Shown one piece after another: positions 25,051 to 51,029 of a stretch of DNA of 64,000 nucleotides. Position numbers and translations under genes: made by a program. Source of the stretch: the human T2T-CHM13v2.0 reference genome, Homo sapiens. The notes under the pieces were generated by a model. The model was not told where the DNA came from. It was given only the letters and a program-made list of their open reading frames with translations, and searched no databases. Numbering within the stretch: the first letter of the stretch is position 1; every line of letters starts with the position of its first letter. Where the stretch lies: the NCBI RefSeq assembly GCF_009914755.1, contig NC_060925.1; one strand, given 5' to 3'.

Positions 25051-25980
25051 CTGGGGAAAGGTAACACCACAGGAGCGGAGAGATTACTTTTTTCCCCCTG
25101 CGTGGGCTCAAGCTTCCTTTGTGAGTGAGGTGCAGAACATGGGCCTGCTTGAACCTGTGAAGCCCTCGCACAACCATTTGCAGCTCTCAGAACTAAGGTG
25201 CTGCTCCTTTTACCAGGAATGCCTTCCTCCACCTGCAGAACCCACAAGGCTTTCAAAACTCACCCCCCTTGCTATGTCCTCTATGAATCTGTTACCTTCC
25301 TTGCCTGAGATAAATGACCACATTTGCATTGGTGCTCTCACAGCACAGAGGATGATTTCTCATACTGCGCCTGTAGCCCCGTACTGTGCTTATCTACTTG
25401 GGTGTGTGTCTTGCATTCCAGTGTGGGGGCTCCATGGAGGCAGGGCTGTCCCTATGCATCCATGGGTCTCCAGCAGCTCAGACAGCATAGCCACAGGTTC
25501 CTGGTCTCTCTCACTGGCAAGGTGCTCTCAGAAGCTTCGCTGACTGCCTTCCCTCCCCTATGCAGTCTGCACAAGGAAATGCCTTGGCTGCCAGGCTTCT
25601 CACCCCTTCCACATGTGGGGGCCATACACCTGCAAATCCTTCAGTTTCTGTCCATCCCATTGAGTTGACTCTGCCCACATATGGTCATGTGCCTGCATGA
25701 CTGTGGTAGATAATAAGCTACCAAAGGCTGCTAGGCAATGCCACCTGTTTCTGTGGGGCTGAGGGGAAATATCCAGTCAGCTACATCTGGAACAGAGCAG
25801 AACTCACAGTGAAAATAGGAGATAGAGAAGAAAGGGCCTGGCTGCTATGCATGGAAGAGGAAGCCTCAGCTGTTGAGAGATGCAAAGCATGAAAAAACAA
25901 AAATGGTGGGAGAAGGAGTTAACATCAAAGGAAGAAAGGGCACAAGAAAAGAGTGCACCTAAAGCTTCAGGTGTGATTAC

Positions 25981-26207
25981 CCCTGTGCCTTGGGCTTCAA
26001 GGCCAGGGAAGCTGCACGCTGATCTCACAAGAGACACTATCTTTTTGACCAGCAGCTTGCCCTCCACAATCTGCTGTCTTAGGGCACTGTAGTCATCAAT
26101 GTGGCCAATGACATGGCGGCCATGCTTATTGGCAAAGGAGCCATCAGTAGCATCACCCTCCAGCTTGGGAGGGGCCTTCATTACTGGAGAAGTATCCAAA
26201 CCCAAGC
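25981..26207 (-). pseudogene. PDE4DIP-like exon GLGLDTSPVMKAPPKLEGDATDGSFANKHGRHVIGHIDDYSALRQQI...EAQGTG
   Basis: Canonical AG/GT; ORF track 25804..26229. Confidence 0.9.
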
Positions 26208-26773
26208 CTGAAAAAGAAAATGACAACACAACAGAATCTTCTGTTATTCATAATGATATCCTCAGTTTGCTCCAACTAAAAAAGAGGCAGGGAACAAGAA
26301 AAGGACGAGGCTGGGAACAAGAAAGGAAGCCTTGGAATGTACAAGGGTGGGGCAAAGTCCATAGAGATCTTCTGGCTTCTATATTTTTATAACCTTTCTT
26401 ACATTATCTTTTAATGATAAATTTGCCAGGAGACAATTTTTTCCTTATTGGCAAATGAAATAGGATGAATCATAAATAATAAGTTTCTGGGTAGAGAAGA
26501 CACAGACAGGGAAGTCAAGCTGGATACAGAGAGCATTTTCAAGAATAGAGAGATTATGGTGCAATGAAGCAAAAACAGCAGTAGGAAAACTACAGGAGGA
26601 TGAACAATGGCAAGAAAGGCAGCCACAGAAGGTGCAGGGAGTAGGGCTAAAGGCCTTGGGGCATGCAGAGAAAACTCTCTAAATACAGATAATATGTTTA
26701 GAGACAACAAAAGGTTGTTTGCATTAATCACTTTCCAACATCAGTCCCTGGGCCCTTTAGTTGCCATATTTAC

Positions 26774-26890
26774 CATGTGTTCTGTTGATTATGGCCGTTT
26801 CTGAGCCAGGAGTAGAGGAAGCAGAGCTGGGGAGGACCAGAGCTGGGGAATTCATACCAACATCCCGGACTGGAGGGGACACAGCTGAAT
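26774..26890 (-). pseudogene. PDE4DIP-like exon DSAVSPPVRDVGMNSPALVLPSSASSTPGSETAIINRTH
   Basis: Canonical AG/GT; ORF track 26757..26972. Confidence 0.88.
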
Positions 26891-28843
26891 CTAGGGGGTA
26901 AAGGCAACCACAGTTTTCAGGAGCCCTGGAACACACTGCACATGAAGCACATGCACACCTAGCCGTCCCCACTGAGACCTAAGGTGGCAGGACTCTCCTC
27001 TTACAGAATTATCCATACCCCACAAGCAAAAGCAAAAGCCCATGAGTCACTGAGTTCAGAATGTTTCCATTCTTCAGAACAAAAAGATATTCCTTTAAAG
27101 GAGGGGTGTTCCAGGAGAATGTAACTTCTAGTTTGAAAAATTATTAGGTGTATTTTTATAAACCAAGTCTTGAGTATAATTTGTGTGTGGTATCTAATAC
27201 GATGCCCCGTAACTAAATGTAATATGTATAAATATACATAGTACATATTAAAATCTAGAATCAAGGGATCAAGGAATGAATGGATTCATGGGGGACTAAA
27301 CTCAACATTCTAGTCATCATTCTGATGAGGTAATACTGAAAGAAATTGACTTGTATGAGAAGAACGGAGAGAGAGGGCTTGGTGGGTTAACATCTTGCTG
27401 GAGACTAAAAAGCAACCCTATGGTGGAGGAATTGGAAAATATCACAAAGAAGGTAGAAAAGGTCCTACTCAGGCAAGTGTGGCCCAGTGCCTGCTTTCCA
27501 GCTCAGGCCTCAGGGGTGCTAGAGAAAGATGGGCAGGGACTGCACCAGTGGGGCTGAGTCTTGGCTGCTGTGTGGGAAGCCAGAGAGAGAGGAAGGCCTG
27601 GTTAGAAAGAAGGAAGAGTTGGAGACATCACTGAACACCACAACCATCAGGGCAGCCCAGAGAAGGGCAAGGCATCCACCTAATGTAAGCTGAAAACAGC
27701 ATAATCATGTTATTGTCACCTTCATTTGACAAATAAGGTTACTGTCAGATAAATGAGCATCTACAAGAACCAGAGAAAAATAAAGATTAACATGACCCAG
27801 AAATAGCTGGCAGGAGAGTTTGAAAGCTCAGCTTTAGAGAAACTGAACAGAAGTGGTTCCTGATTTGAATAAAATTGAAGGTATGGCCATGGAGGTGAGT
27901 GGAGATGGTGTACTAAACGGTGTATCAAAAGGAGAAAAGGACAGAGGAAGTAGAAATTGAATGATTTAAGAGACTAGGGGGACACCATTGACATTTCAAT
28001 GAAAACTGGGAGAAGTGAGATTGATGGGGGATATTGAGAAGAGAAGGGGGACCTGGTCAAACACGCCTATCTGAAAAGGCAGGCAAGGGGTGGGGTAGAG
28101 AAAGCGAATGATGACCGCCCGAAATAAATCACCCACCATCCAGGACTTCCCCAGAGCCCTGTTTCCTTAGGGGCAGGAACATTTTGCCACACAGTTGAGT
28201 TCCCCACCTGTGAGGGAAAGGGGGACTAGAGAATCTGGGAAGGTCGGCAATACTGAGACAGGGCACAATGAGCTGGAAGGAACACAGACTGAAAATCACA
28301 ACATCTGGTTCTGATCCTGGCTTTGTCTATAACTTCTCTAAAGCCTCGCTTGTCTGTTAATATCTCAGGACCTAAATTTTCTCATGTGAAATACAGAGAT
28401 AGCAAAACCTGCTTTACTTCAGGTGAAATTATATATGTGAAAACACTTGGCTAAAACTAAAGCACCAAGCAAATCCAAGAAAAAGATATGAACATATACA
28501 GCTGCTAATTATTGAGCAATTCTTAGTGTGCCAAGCACTTGTAAATGATCTCATTTAATGGTCAAAATCATATAAGGTATATATTATTATTATCCTCATC
28601 TTAAATGTAAGGAAACTAAGGCTTAAACCTCTGAGACTTTAAACACCTTGCCCAAATCAAACGACCTCTAAGCGGTAAACTCAGAATCTGGAGCCCAGTC
28701 TGACCTAAATCCCACGCTTTCACTCAGGCTGCTAGACTAGAGCATCTCTGATTTCAACCTGACCATAAGGAGCATGGACCAGGCAGACATCCTGGTGATC
28801 TCCCCACTGGCCAAGGGCTTTCTAAGTCCCTTTTCCTTCCTAC

Positions 28844-29082
28844 CTTGGAGGAGCAGCTGCTTGTTTCCAGGGTCAGCGCTGGCTGGGAAGTTCTGGTTAA
28901 CAGAGGAGGGGCTGAGGCTGGCTTTGCCAGCAGGCTATCCAGCTGCTGTTGCAGCTGCAGTCACAGACAATTGTTCCCCTGAATGCTCTTCTCCAGCTGC
29001 CCTCTCAGACCTCATACCTCTGCCACCAGGTGGCTCAAGTCACTGCTCAAAGGGATTTGGTGACAGACATCCAGGCTGTAAG
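28844..29082 (-). pseudogene. PDE4DIP-like exon AYSLDVCHQIPLSSDLSHLVAEV*..., with two TGA stops and a 1-bp deletion
   Basis: TGA at 29012-29014 and 28961-28963; frame slips near 28933. Confidence 0.88.
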
Positions 29083-29567
29083 CTAAGAGAGAAGAGGAGT
29101 CTGGTAACATTGACCCAAGTATTTCCAAGCACTTGTCAGAACCCTCCTCTGTGACATTCTTTTCTGCCAAGGACCCCACTATCATCTGAGTCTCATGCAA
29201 CCCATCTGTGATGGAGATGTCACCATTTCTGTGTGTGGCCGGGGGATGGCACTGAGATGGCACACATCCAGTCTGAAACTTCCTTGCGGTTTAAGTTACA
29301 CACATGCACCTATAGAGCATTTGATTGGCAGATAAGGATAAGTCCATATTTCATCTCCATAGTAACCTTAGTCCTGTAGGCTAAAGTATAGGGTCCTCCA
29401 AGGTAGAACGTCAGTACTGAGCTAGAGAAGGGTAGGGGATGAGGGAGAAAGAGATTTCACAGTCTTCACTCTCAAAAATGAAAGAGGAGAAGGAGGAGGC
29501 CTTTTGGTAGCATGTGAGAATGCGAGTTGGGCACATTAGACCAGGGATTATAACTGAGTTTTTCAAT

Positions 29568-29830
<263 letters not shown>

Positions 29831-29895
29831 CCTCCATTCACCACATGTAGTCTATTTCTTTGTACTGGGGATGAAGAGATCTAAGAAATATTCTA

Positions 29896-30212
29896 CAAGG
29901 CTACAATCCCTTATCTGAAAACCTTAAGGCCAAATGTATTTCGAAAGGTAAAATTTGTTTTAGTTTTTAGCAAGGCAACAGGGTGCATATATCATATATA
30001 ACATGTACCCAGTTGCAGGTGAACCACAATCCTTAATCAAACATATAACTATTTCTGCAATGAGCTATGTGAATATCCTAAGTAGATAAATAAAGACTTA
30101 TGAATATCCTCATGTCAGATCATCTAGATTTTGTCACTAAATGAGTATTTGAAAAATTTAGTTTGGAGATCGTATTGAATTTTGAAATTACAGATAAGGG
30201 ATTATGGAGCTT
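29896..30212. mobile_element. MER46C-like Tigger-family DNA transposon
   Basis: Terminal inverted repeats acaatcccttatctg ... cagataagggattatg. Confidence 0.7.
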
Positions 30213-30722
30213 TAGTGGTTGTAGCTTTGAAATGAGTCCTAAAAGGCAGGGAGAAAAGCATGAAAGGAAAGGGAGCTCAGGATGAAGTCGTTTCAGAGAC
30301 TTTGGTAAGTAATCTACTCTTGAATTTTGCCCGAAGTTTTATGATGTTCCTCTCTCTCTTTCTCAATCCAAGTTCTCACTAAATTTTGCTTATTTTTTTA
30401 AGAGACATTTTAAAATCTATCTATACCCTTTCATCTTCCCAACAGCACCTTATATTAGACTGTCATCTCTTAATGTGTCACAATATCACTAGACCCACCC
30501 AATAGGTTTCCCAGATTCTAATGTCTCCCAATTCCAGGACATCCCCTGAGACTTAGCATCCTAAAGTTCTGTTTTCATCATATGCTTATCTTCTTTGAAA
30601 AAGAATAGACTTAGTTTCATTATCTACTCTACAGAATGTCAACTTTCACCCTGACCTGTGAGCTTTCACGGTTTGGTGGCTCTACTCCACCATCCTGACT
30701 TCTCACTCCCCCAACCCCAAGC

Positions 30723-31771
30723 TTCTCCTGTGGTCAGGCTGGTCCCACTGACCCAACACTCACCATGACTGTGTACTTAAGCTATTCTCCCAGCCTGGTG
30801 AGCCCCCTCTATTTCTTCAAGTTCCAGTTCACTTTCTCTTTAGAAAATCAGGAAACTAAATCAGGATTTATGATAATTCCAATCTAAATTCCACTGCCCT
30901 TCACGCATTGTTTAGCCCCCTGGAGGGACATAAAATACATGAGTTCTTTTTCACCTGACACTTCTTCAAATATCCGAAGCCAGTTCTCATGTCCTCAAGA
31001 TCTTTTGAAAGCCTACATTTCTTTAGTTTCTTTGACCAGTTGGAGATTTCTGGTCCACACCATTGTGCGCCCTGTCTTCATTATGTTCCCTAGTGTGTCA
31101 ATGCCCTTTTCAAAGATAGTGCCCCTTAATCTAACAATATTTTAGACCATGGTCTCCACAGGTGAACATCACACTTACACTACTGTAGTGTCAGTTTGAG
31201 CTGGCATTTCTAGCAACCTCTGGCCTATGACTTACTTGTGTGATCATGTTTCTACCAAACCCCATACTCTCAAGTCCACGAATGGCCGCCTGTCCTATAT
31301 TTCTACCCTCATCCTATATTTCTACCACTGATATTTTTAATCGAGCTCAGGATTTTGCTTTTTATCTTTGCTAAATTTCATGACATTGATGTCAGTCCTC
31401 TGTCCCAGCCTGCTGTGACTTATTCACATTATGTTTTGAATACCCTTCTCCATTTAAAGAATGAAGAAATATATCAAATTCTCAAATATTAGATTATTAT
31501 TTCAGCAGGCAACAAAGTCTTCAATAAATGTCCTTAATATTTAAATCCAGGATTGAAATTTAGGTCCTATCAGTGGTATTTCTATAAGGGTTTTTTGTTT
31601 TCGTGTCTTTTAATTTTCTCCTGTGGGCAGGCTGGTCCCCACTGACTCAACACTCACCATGACTTTGTACTTAAGCTATTCGCTCAGCCTGGTAAGCCCC
31701 TGTATTTCTTCAAATTCCAGTTCACCTTCTCTTTAGAAAATCAGGAAACTAAATCAGGATTTATGAAAATT
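30723..31771. repeat. Dispersed direct repeat of about 155 bp (30723-30878 and 31616-31771)
   Basis: Two similar copies of ttctcctgtgg...aggctggtccc...tcaggaaactaaatcaggatttatga. Confidence 0.9.
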
Positions 31772-32204
31772 ACATGAGAGGGCAATAAGCTGAGCGCCAG
31801 ATGTCACTAGGGAAAGGGTCAGGGTGGGAGCGGACTGCCTGCTGCATTGGGCTGAATGGGTTGTCAGTATGTATCACCGACAATATTAAAGGCCTTTTCA
31901 AATGATGATATCATTAGGACAGTTCTTTTGCTTTCAAAAATGTTATAATTTAGACATTGATAGGAATGTCTAGATTTTCTTAAAATAATTAGGAATGATC
32001 AGGCTGGATCTTGTTCGTGTCACCAACCTGTCACCTTGGGCTTTGTGTATGAGAGTTCTTATTGGGAGCCCCAGGCTCGGGTGGGAGTTTCTGAGACAGA
32101 ACTCTGTAGCTTCCCATGATCTCCACAACTCCCAAAGGAAAGACCTCACTAGCATCCTATGCAAGGGCAAAAAGCTCATGGGGTGAGGGGAGAAGAACAC
32201 ATAC

Positions 32205-32329
32205 CTTTCAGCCCCTTCTTGGAATTGCCATAAAGTGCCTCATAGATTTGTAACTCTGACTGGAGGGACTCAAAGAGCTGCTGTTTCTCTTCACACTGTT
32301 GCTGCAGGAGAACCAGCTTGTGCTTCAGT
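32205..32329 (-). pseudogene. PDE4DIP-like exon LKHKLVLLQQQCEEKQQLFESLQSELQIYEALYGNSKKGLK
   Basis: Canonical AG and GTATG. Confidence 0.9.
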
Positions 32330-33018
32330 CTGACCAGGGAGAGGCAAGGCCCACTGAGATGGCAGAGCCACTCAGCCACACCAGAGCAACAGGCTGAGAG
32401 CCAGATGTCAACTCAGAGGGTCATAAAGGGTTACGGTTAGGGTTACCTCTGAGCCCCAGATGTCAACTCAGGGGGTCAGGAAGATCATCACTTTTATTTC
32501 ACAGATGTGGAAATGGTGGCTGAGGGAGGTCAAGTAACTTTGCTTGAAAACACACCATTACCTACATTAGTTCAGAGCAGAACAGACACACCAGCACAGT
32601 CTCCTTACTGCTCCTACAGTGCTCTTTGCATCCTGACAAGCAGTTACAGGGCTTATGCTGGGACCAAGCATCACAGCCAGTATAGAAGCTTCCTAGGTGA
32701 TGGTGAGACTAATGTCCTATATCTAATTGGAAGCATGGGGACCCTTCTTTTTCATGTCTCTGATATACTGAAGACTTCTATAACAGAGTTTTACTCTCTC
32801 AACTTGGGAGTGACAAGGCATTCCCAGAGAAGTCCTTTCTTCTGCTCAAAGCGCCCCTCCCCCCACCCCACTGACACACAAAAATCAGGAATGGCAGAGG
32901 GAACATTGAGGTTTCCAAAAGAGGACACCAATTATCTTGCCAATATCCCTTCTTATAATGTAAGAATGAATGTAAGAATGAAGAATGCTACCTTCTCTGT
33001 CAATGGGTCCCCTCTTAC

Positions 33019-33208
33019 CTGGAGTCGTTTTCCTGGAGGGAAAGGCGTTCCTCCCTGAAATGCAAGACCTCTTGCTGCTTCTCCCTCAAGTCTTCCAAAA
33101 GCTGCTGCCTTTCCACCTTCTGGTGCTCCAGCTCCTCTTCCAGCTCTTGAAGGTGGGATCGAGAGGACAGCAGAGCCTCCCTCAGGCTTTCCATCTCCTG
33201 GGAGTGCT
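33019..33208 (-). pseudogene. PDE4DIP-like exon EHSQEMESLREALLSSRSHLQELEE...LQENDSR
   Basis: Canonical AG and GTAAG; ORF track 33015..33224. Confidence 0.9.
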
Positions 33209-33647
33209 CTGGTGAGAGGAACACAGGAGGATTGATTTATTTTCATGGGGCCAGAGCTCAGCAGGAAGATGACCCCAAGCACATCCGCCCTGACAAACAG
33301 AGCTAAGGAGCAGGGAAGGAAGGCCCTATGTTGGTGGGAAGAGCATGCTGGCTCAACATCCCCCGCAGCCTGGAGAATGGTACATCTCTGTCTTTGCAAA
33401 ACCCTTCATTCCACTTATTTAATCTGTCCTACCTTGCTCTTAGAGAAATTCTGGTTTCTAATGCTCACCACTTTCCAAGTGCTCACATACCATCTGTTCA
33501 ATAATCTATCCTGATCGCTGTTATTTAACACGATGGCAGAATAGAAAACCAAATCCAAAACCAGCAAATTTAAGTAAACACAAATTTCTATAATACCTAT
33601 GTAGATAGAATAATCCATAGCATAGTGGGCGAAATGATGATACATAC

Positions 33648-33761
33648 CTCCAGAGCAACAGCTTTATCATGTATTCGCTGGCGAAGTTTCTCAAGCAACG
33701 TTTCATTTGCTTCAAGGGTTTTGTCTGAGTTATCTCGATACTGTAGGAGCTCCCGAAATTC
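33648..33761 (-). pseudogene. PDE4DIP-like exon EFRELLQYRDNSDKTLEANETLLEKLRQRIHDKAVALE
   Basis: Canonical AG and GTATG; 114 bp. Confidence 0.9.
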
Positions 33762-34655
33762 CTGAGACCAAAACATCGTTTCTTTTATTCTTTTATCCAA
33801 TATTAACTAAATTGCCAAGTAATTTGTTAGTTATTCAGGATAAAAAAACAAGATGTGATCACTCTCCTCAAAAGTAACAAGTTTAGCAGAGATAACAGAC
33901 ATAAATTGTAAAGTATTCTGCAACATACACCAGACACAACACATAGAATTAACTGTTGTGCAACATACGCTAGCCACCAGGGGAACACAGGATGCACTGC
34001 CTAACTCTGCCTGCAGGTGTCAGTAAAGACCTCACAGAGGAGGTAATATTTGCAGTGAGTCTTAATTAAAGGACTAGGATTTCCTAAGTGAAGAATGGAG
34101 AGGAGGACATGTTAGAGAAAAAAAAATATGCACACTATGCATACAATGAAAAAATTGTACATTCAGTGAAATGTAGTGGATTCAATGTGACTGAAGCTTA
34201 GAGTAGGTGGCAGAACAGATCAGTCTCTTCTTAATGCTCCATCTTCCCCTCAAACTTTCATTCTATCATCAAAATTACTCTTTGGAAGTTTCTGTACAGT
34301 TTGTCTTCATCTATTACACTGAGATCAGTAGCCAAATCTTTTGTCTTCCCAACACCCAGAAAAGTGTTTGACTCACAGAGGTGCTTAATAACTATTTTCT
34401 GAATATTAAGTCTTTATAAAAGACTTCATAAAAGACTGCATAAATCAGGGCTATATGTACTGTTTCTTACACTTGTTAGTAAGCATCTTAATTCACAAAT
34501 TATATTTTCTATTTATTTTAAATCCTCCTGATTCCCACCTCTCAATGTTTTCCATATAGCAGGGACTCAGCACAGGTGGATTAATATCTTAAAATTATAT
34601 AAACAAATTTCAGAGTTCTATGAGCCCAGTGTTCATTGAAATCATGTAAACTCAC

Positions 34656-34811
34656 CTGAAGCAACTGCTCCTTGTGACTCAGACTATGGTTTAGGTGCTG
34701 GACGTTTTGTTCCTGGGTTCGAATCTCATTGTATTTTTCAGCCTCCCAGGCACGAAGCTGTTGGCTCTTATTCTGCAATTCTTGTAGCTGCTGCAAGGCT
34801 TTTCGCAATTC
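34656..34811 (-). pseudogene. PDE4DIP-like exon ELRKALQQLQELQNKSQQLRAWEAEKYNEIRTQEQNVQHLNHSLSHKEQLLQ
   Basis: Canonical AG and GTGAG; 156 bp. Confidence 0.9.
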
Positions 34812-35627
34812 CTGAATTAAACATATTACCTTTTTAAAGAGATCAAAATTGTCACATGATTATCAGAAATGACAACCAGACTTGTAAAGCACTTAAAAGC
34901 CATCACTCCCACTCTCACCAGAAAAAAGCTGAACAAACCGAACATCAATAACTACTTATATGCAACAGAAAATGGAGGTCCTAAGACATGCCAACCCTAT
35001 GAAACCTGGAGCCATGGGCAAATACAGAGAATCACAACTTACCTGGATCAGAAACCACCACTGGAGCCAGCATTGGGTAGACATACTTCAAAGGGAGTTG
35101 GCTAATTGCTGGAGCTGACAGCAGCCTAGCCTGAGAGGTAAAAACTCCTGGGGGCCTAACTAGTGGGAGCCTCCCATACCTTCATGAGTTTTGTCTCCAG
35201 AAGACTTAGGGTGAGAATCAGAGAAAACTCCTTGAGTGCTTCTGGAGGGGAAGGAGAGGTAACTGTTGAAAAATATGCCCGGTGCATTCTGTTCTACTTA
35301 ACAAACACATGCCCTCAAAAGAAAATTCTGTTTCCAGAGTCTAACCAATGTAGGGAAAGGGAAATACCCAACTCCAGTGACCTCTAGCCATCCTGTCTCA
35401 CCTAAGAGGGAACAAAATTTGAGAAGCACTTTTGAAGGTCACAGCCCAGGGGCACAGGCCCACCACAAGACTGAGACCTAATCATAGGATTATGGAACAC
35501 TTCCCTCCCCTACTCCTTACCACTGTATCAATAGTCATATACATACATATACACACACACACAGTATATATAAATACACACACACTATACACACACACAT
35601 ATATATAGTAAGAGAGAGAGATTTATT

Positions 35628-35837
35628 ACATTTGATCCTCCATATCTGTAGGTTCTGCATCCATGGATTCAACCAGGCCTGACTCCAAAATATTTTTTGA
35701 AAACTTATTATTGTGTTTGCACTGTACATATATGGACTTTTTTCTTTGTCATTATTCCCTAAACAATACCACATAACAACTATTTACATAGCATACGGGA
35801 GGATGTGAGTAGGTTATCTGTAAACTCTACGTCATTT
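35628..35837 (-). mobile_element. MER2 fragment cut by the LTR12C insertion
   Basis: ggttctgcatccatggattcaacc...ttgtcattattccctaaacaatac...ggaggatgtgagtaggttat. Confidence 0.75.
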
Positions 35838-36351
35838 TGAGAGGTGACAGCGTTCTGGCAGTCCTCACAGCCCTCGCTCGCTCTCGGCGCCTCCTCTGCC
35901 TGGGCTCCCACTTTGGCGGCACTTGAGGAGCCCTTCAGCCCACCGCTGCACTGTGGGAGCCCCTTTCTGGGCTGGCCAAGGCCGGAGCCGGCTCCCTCAG
36001 CTTGCAAGGAGGTGTGGAGGGAGAGGCGCGAGCGGGAACCCGGGCTGCGCCCGGCGCTTGCAGACCAGCCGGAGTTCAGGGTGGGCGTGGGCTTGGCGGG
36101 CCCCGCACTCGGAGCAGTGAGGGCAATGAGGGGCTTAGCACCCGGGCCAGCGGCTGAGGAGGGTGTACTGGGTCCCCCAGCAGTGCCAGCCCACCGGCGC
36201 TGTGCTCGATTTCTCGCGGGGCCTTAGCTGCCTTCCCGCGGGGCGGGGCTCGGGACCTGCAGCCCGCCATGCCTGAGCCTCCCGCCCCCTCCGTGGGCTC
36301 CTGTGCGGCCGGGGCCTCCCCGATGAGCGCCGCCCCCTGCTCCACGGCGCC
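35838..36351 (+). mobile_element. LTR12C (ERV9 LTR), 5' about 510 bp only, 3'-truncated
   Basis: Starts TGAGAGGTGACAGCG...GCAGTCCTCACAGCCCTCGCTCGCTCTC; similarity ends at CTCCACGGCGCC. Confidence 0.9.
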
Positions 36352-36405
36352 GCCCACCGGTTTTTCTGCCACTTTTGCAAGGGCGAGGTCAGCCCCAAAC
36401 TACCG
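36349..36405 (+). pseudogene. RNF115: RNF115 (BCA2/Rabring7) exon-1 3' fragment [19 protein letters not shown] with intact donor; symbol given is the parent gene
   Basis: GCCGCCCACCGGTTTTTCTGCCACTTTTGCAAGGGCGAGGTCAGCCCCAAACTACCG|GTAAGA matches the recalled RNF115 N-terminal zinc-finger sequence. Confidence 0.88.
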
Positions 36406-37285
36406 GTAAGAGCGCTGTGTTCTCTATACTTGGGAACCTCATAGATTCCTGGCCCCGATTTCCCGGAACTGGGTCTGGAGCTTTCTGCACATCATTGACT
36501 CCCCGGACATCGGTCTGCCGAATACCTGCTGCCCACTTCTAAGCCGCCGGCCCTAAACCCTGGGCATCACGGCCTCGGCCCCGTACCTCCTGCCCACCTC
36601 TTAATTCATCCTGGGCTGCTCCACCTGACCTCACCTCTTCACCTCCCGTGTCCTTAATTTTTTTTTTTTCTTAGCAAGTTTCCCTCTGATAACTCTCCCC
36701 TCAATTTTCTTGCATTCTTTTATACCTGGTCTTTTTCCTACGATGACCTCCCCCCACACTTCTTCCACTGTGTCTTCTCACCTTCCTCTGTGTTCTTTTC
36801 CACTTTTCACCCCCCACCGCCCCCGCCACCTCCCTTGTCAGTGAAGCGAAATAGCGGATTGCTGAGGATTGTCACTCTTCGGTTTTTTCTAGGGAAGGAA
36901 GCACAGAAAGGGGGTTGGAAGGTATCTGTGGGGCGAAAAGGGGGATTTTGCTCTTCAGTGGTTTCCAGGGTCCTTGTGACAGTGAAGACAGCAGCGTACT
37001 AATGACTTGCAGACGGTCTGCACTCCTATCGCTGTTGAAGGAAATGGCTTTAGGAAGAAGGCAGGACGTACTGTTTCAACTTCGTTTATTTTGGTTGTCA
37101 TGCTGCCAGTGTCTTTAATATCATTGTTCCGCCCCCCGCCCTGTCCCTTTCTTCACCTAAGAAAAAGAGCCGGGACAGAATGTTGGGGATGCTTCCTCTG
37201 ACGTGAAATTGGTTTTCACGAGTTTCTGCCAGAGTGTTAGCCCCTTGAGAGGCAGTGCTGTGGTTGGGAAGAAAACACTTTTGTA

Positions 37286-42580
<5,295 letters not shown>

Positions 42581-42756
42581 GTATAGAAAACAAAGAGCAA
42601 AATGAAGGACCTAAAACCTAAAAACCATTTATAGTCAATATATAAAAAGGCTTAATACCCCAGTCAAAATCAGATATGGATAAATTTTATAAAAACAAAG
42701 TAAACAAAGAGGGTACTGACTCTTGTGATAGTTGGATACCAAGAACCATCCCTCAC

Positions 42757-51029
<8,273 letters not shown>

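Noticed and set aside
32507-33399. 183-aa (+) and 148-aa (-) ORFs around a PDE4DIP exon
   Set aside because: Antisense or off-frame readings of exon and intron sequence.
35780-36398. Several overlapping GC-rich ORFs on both strands
   Set aside because: Chance ORFs in LTR12C caused by stop-codon scarcity; no recognisable homology.
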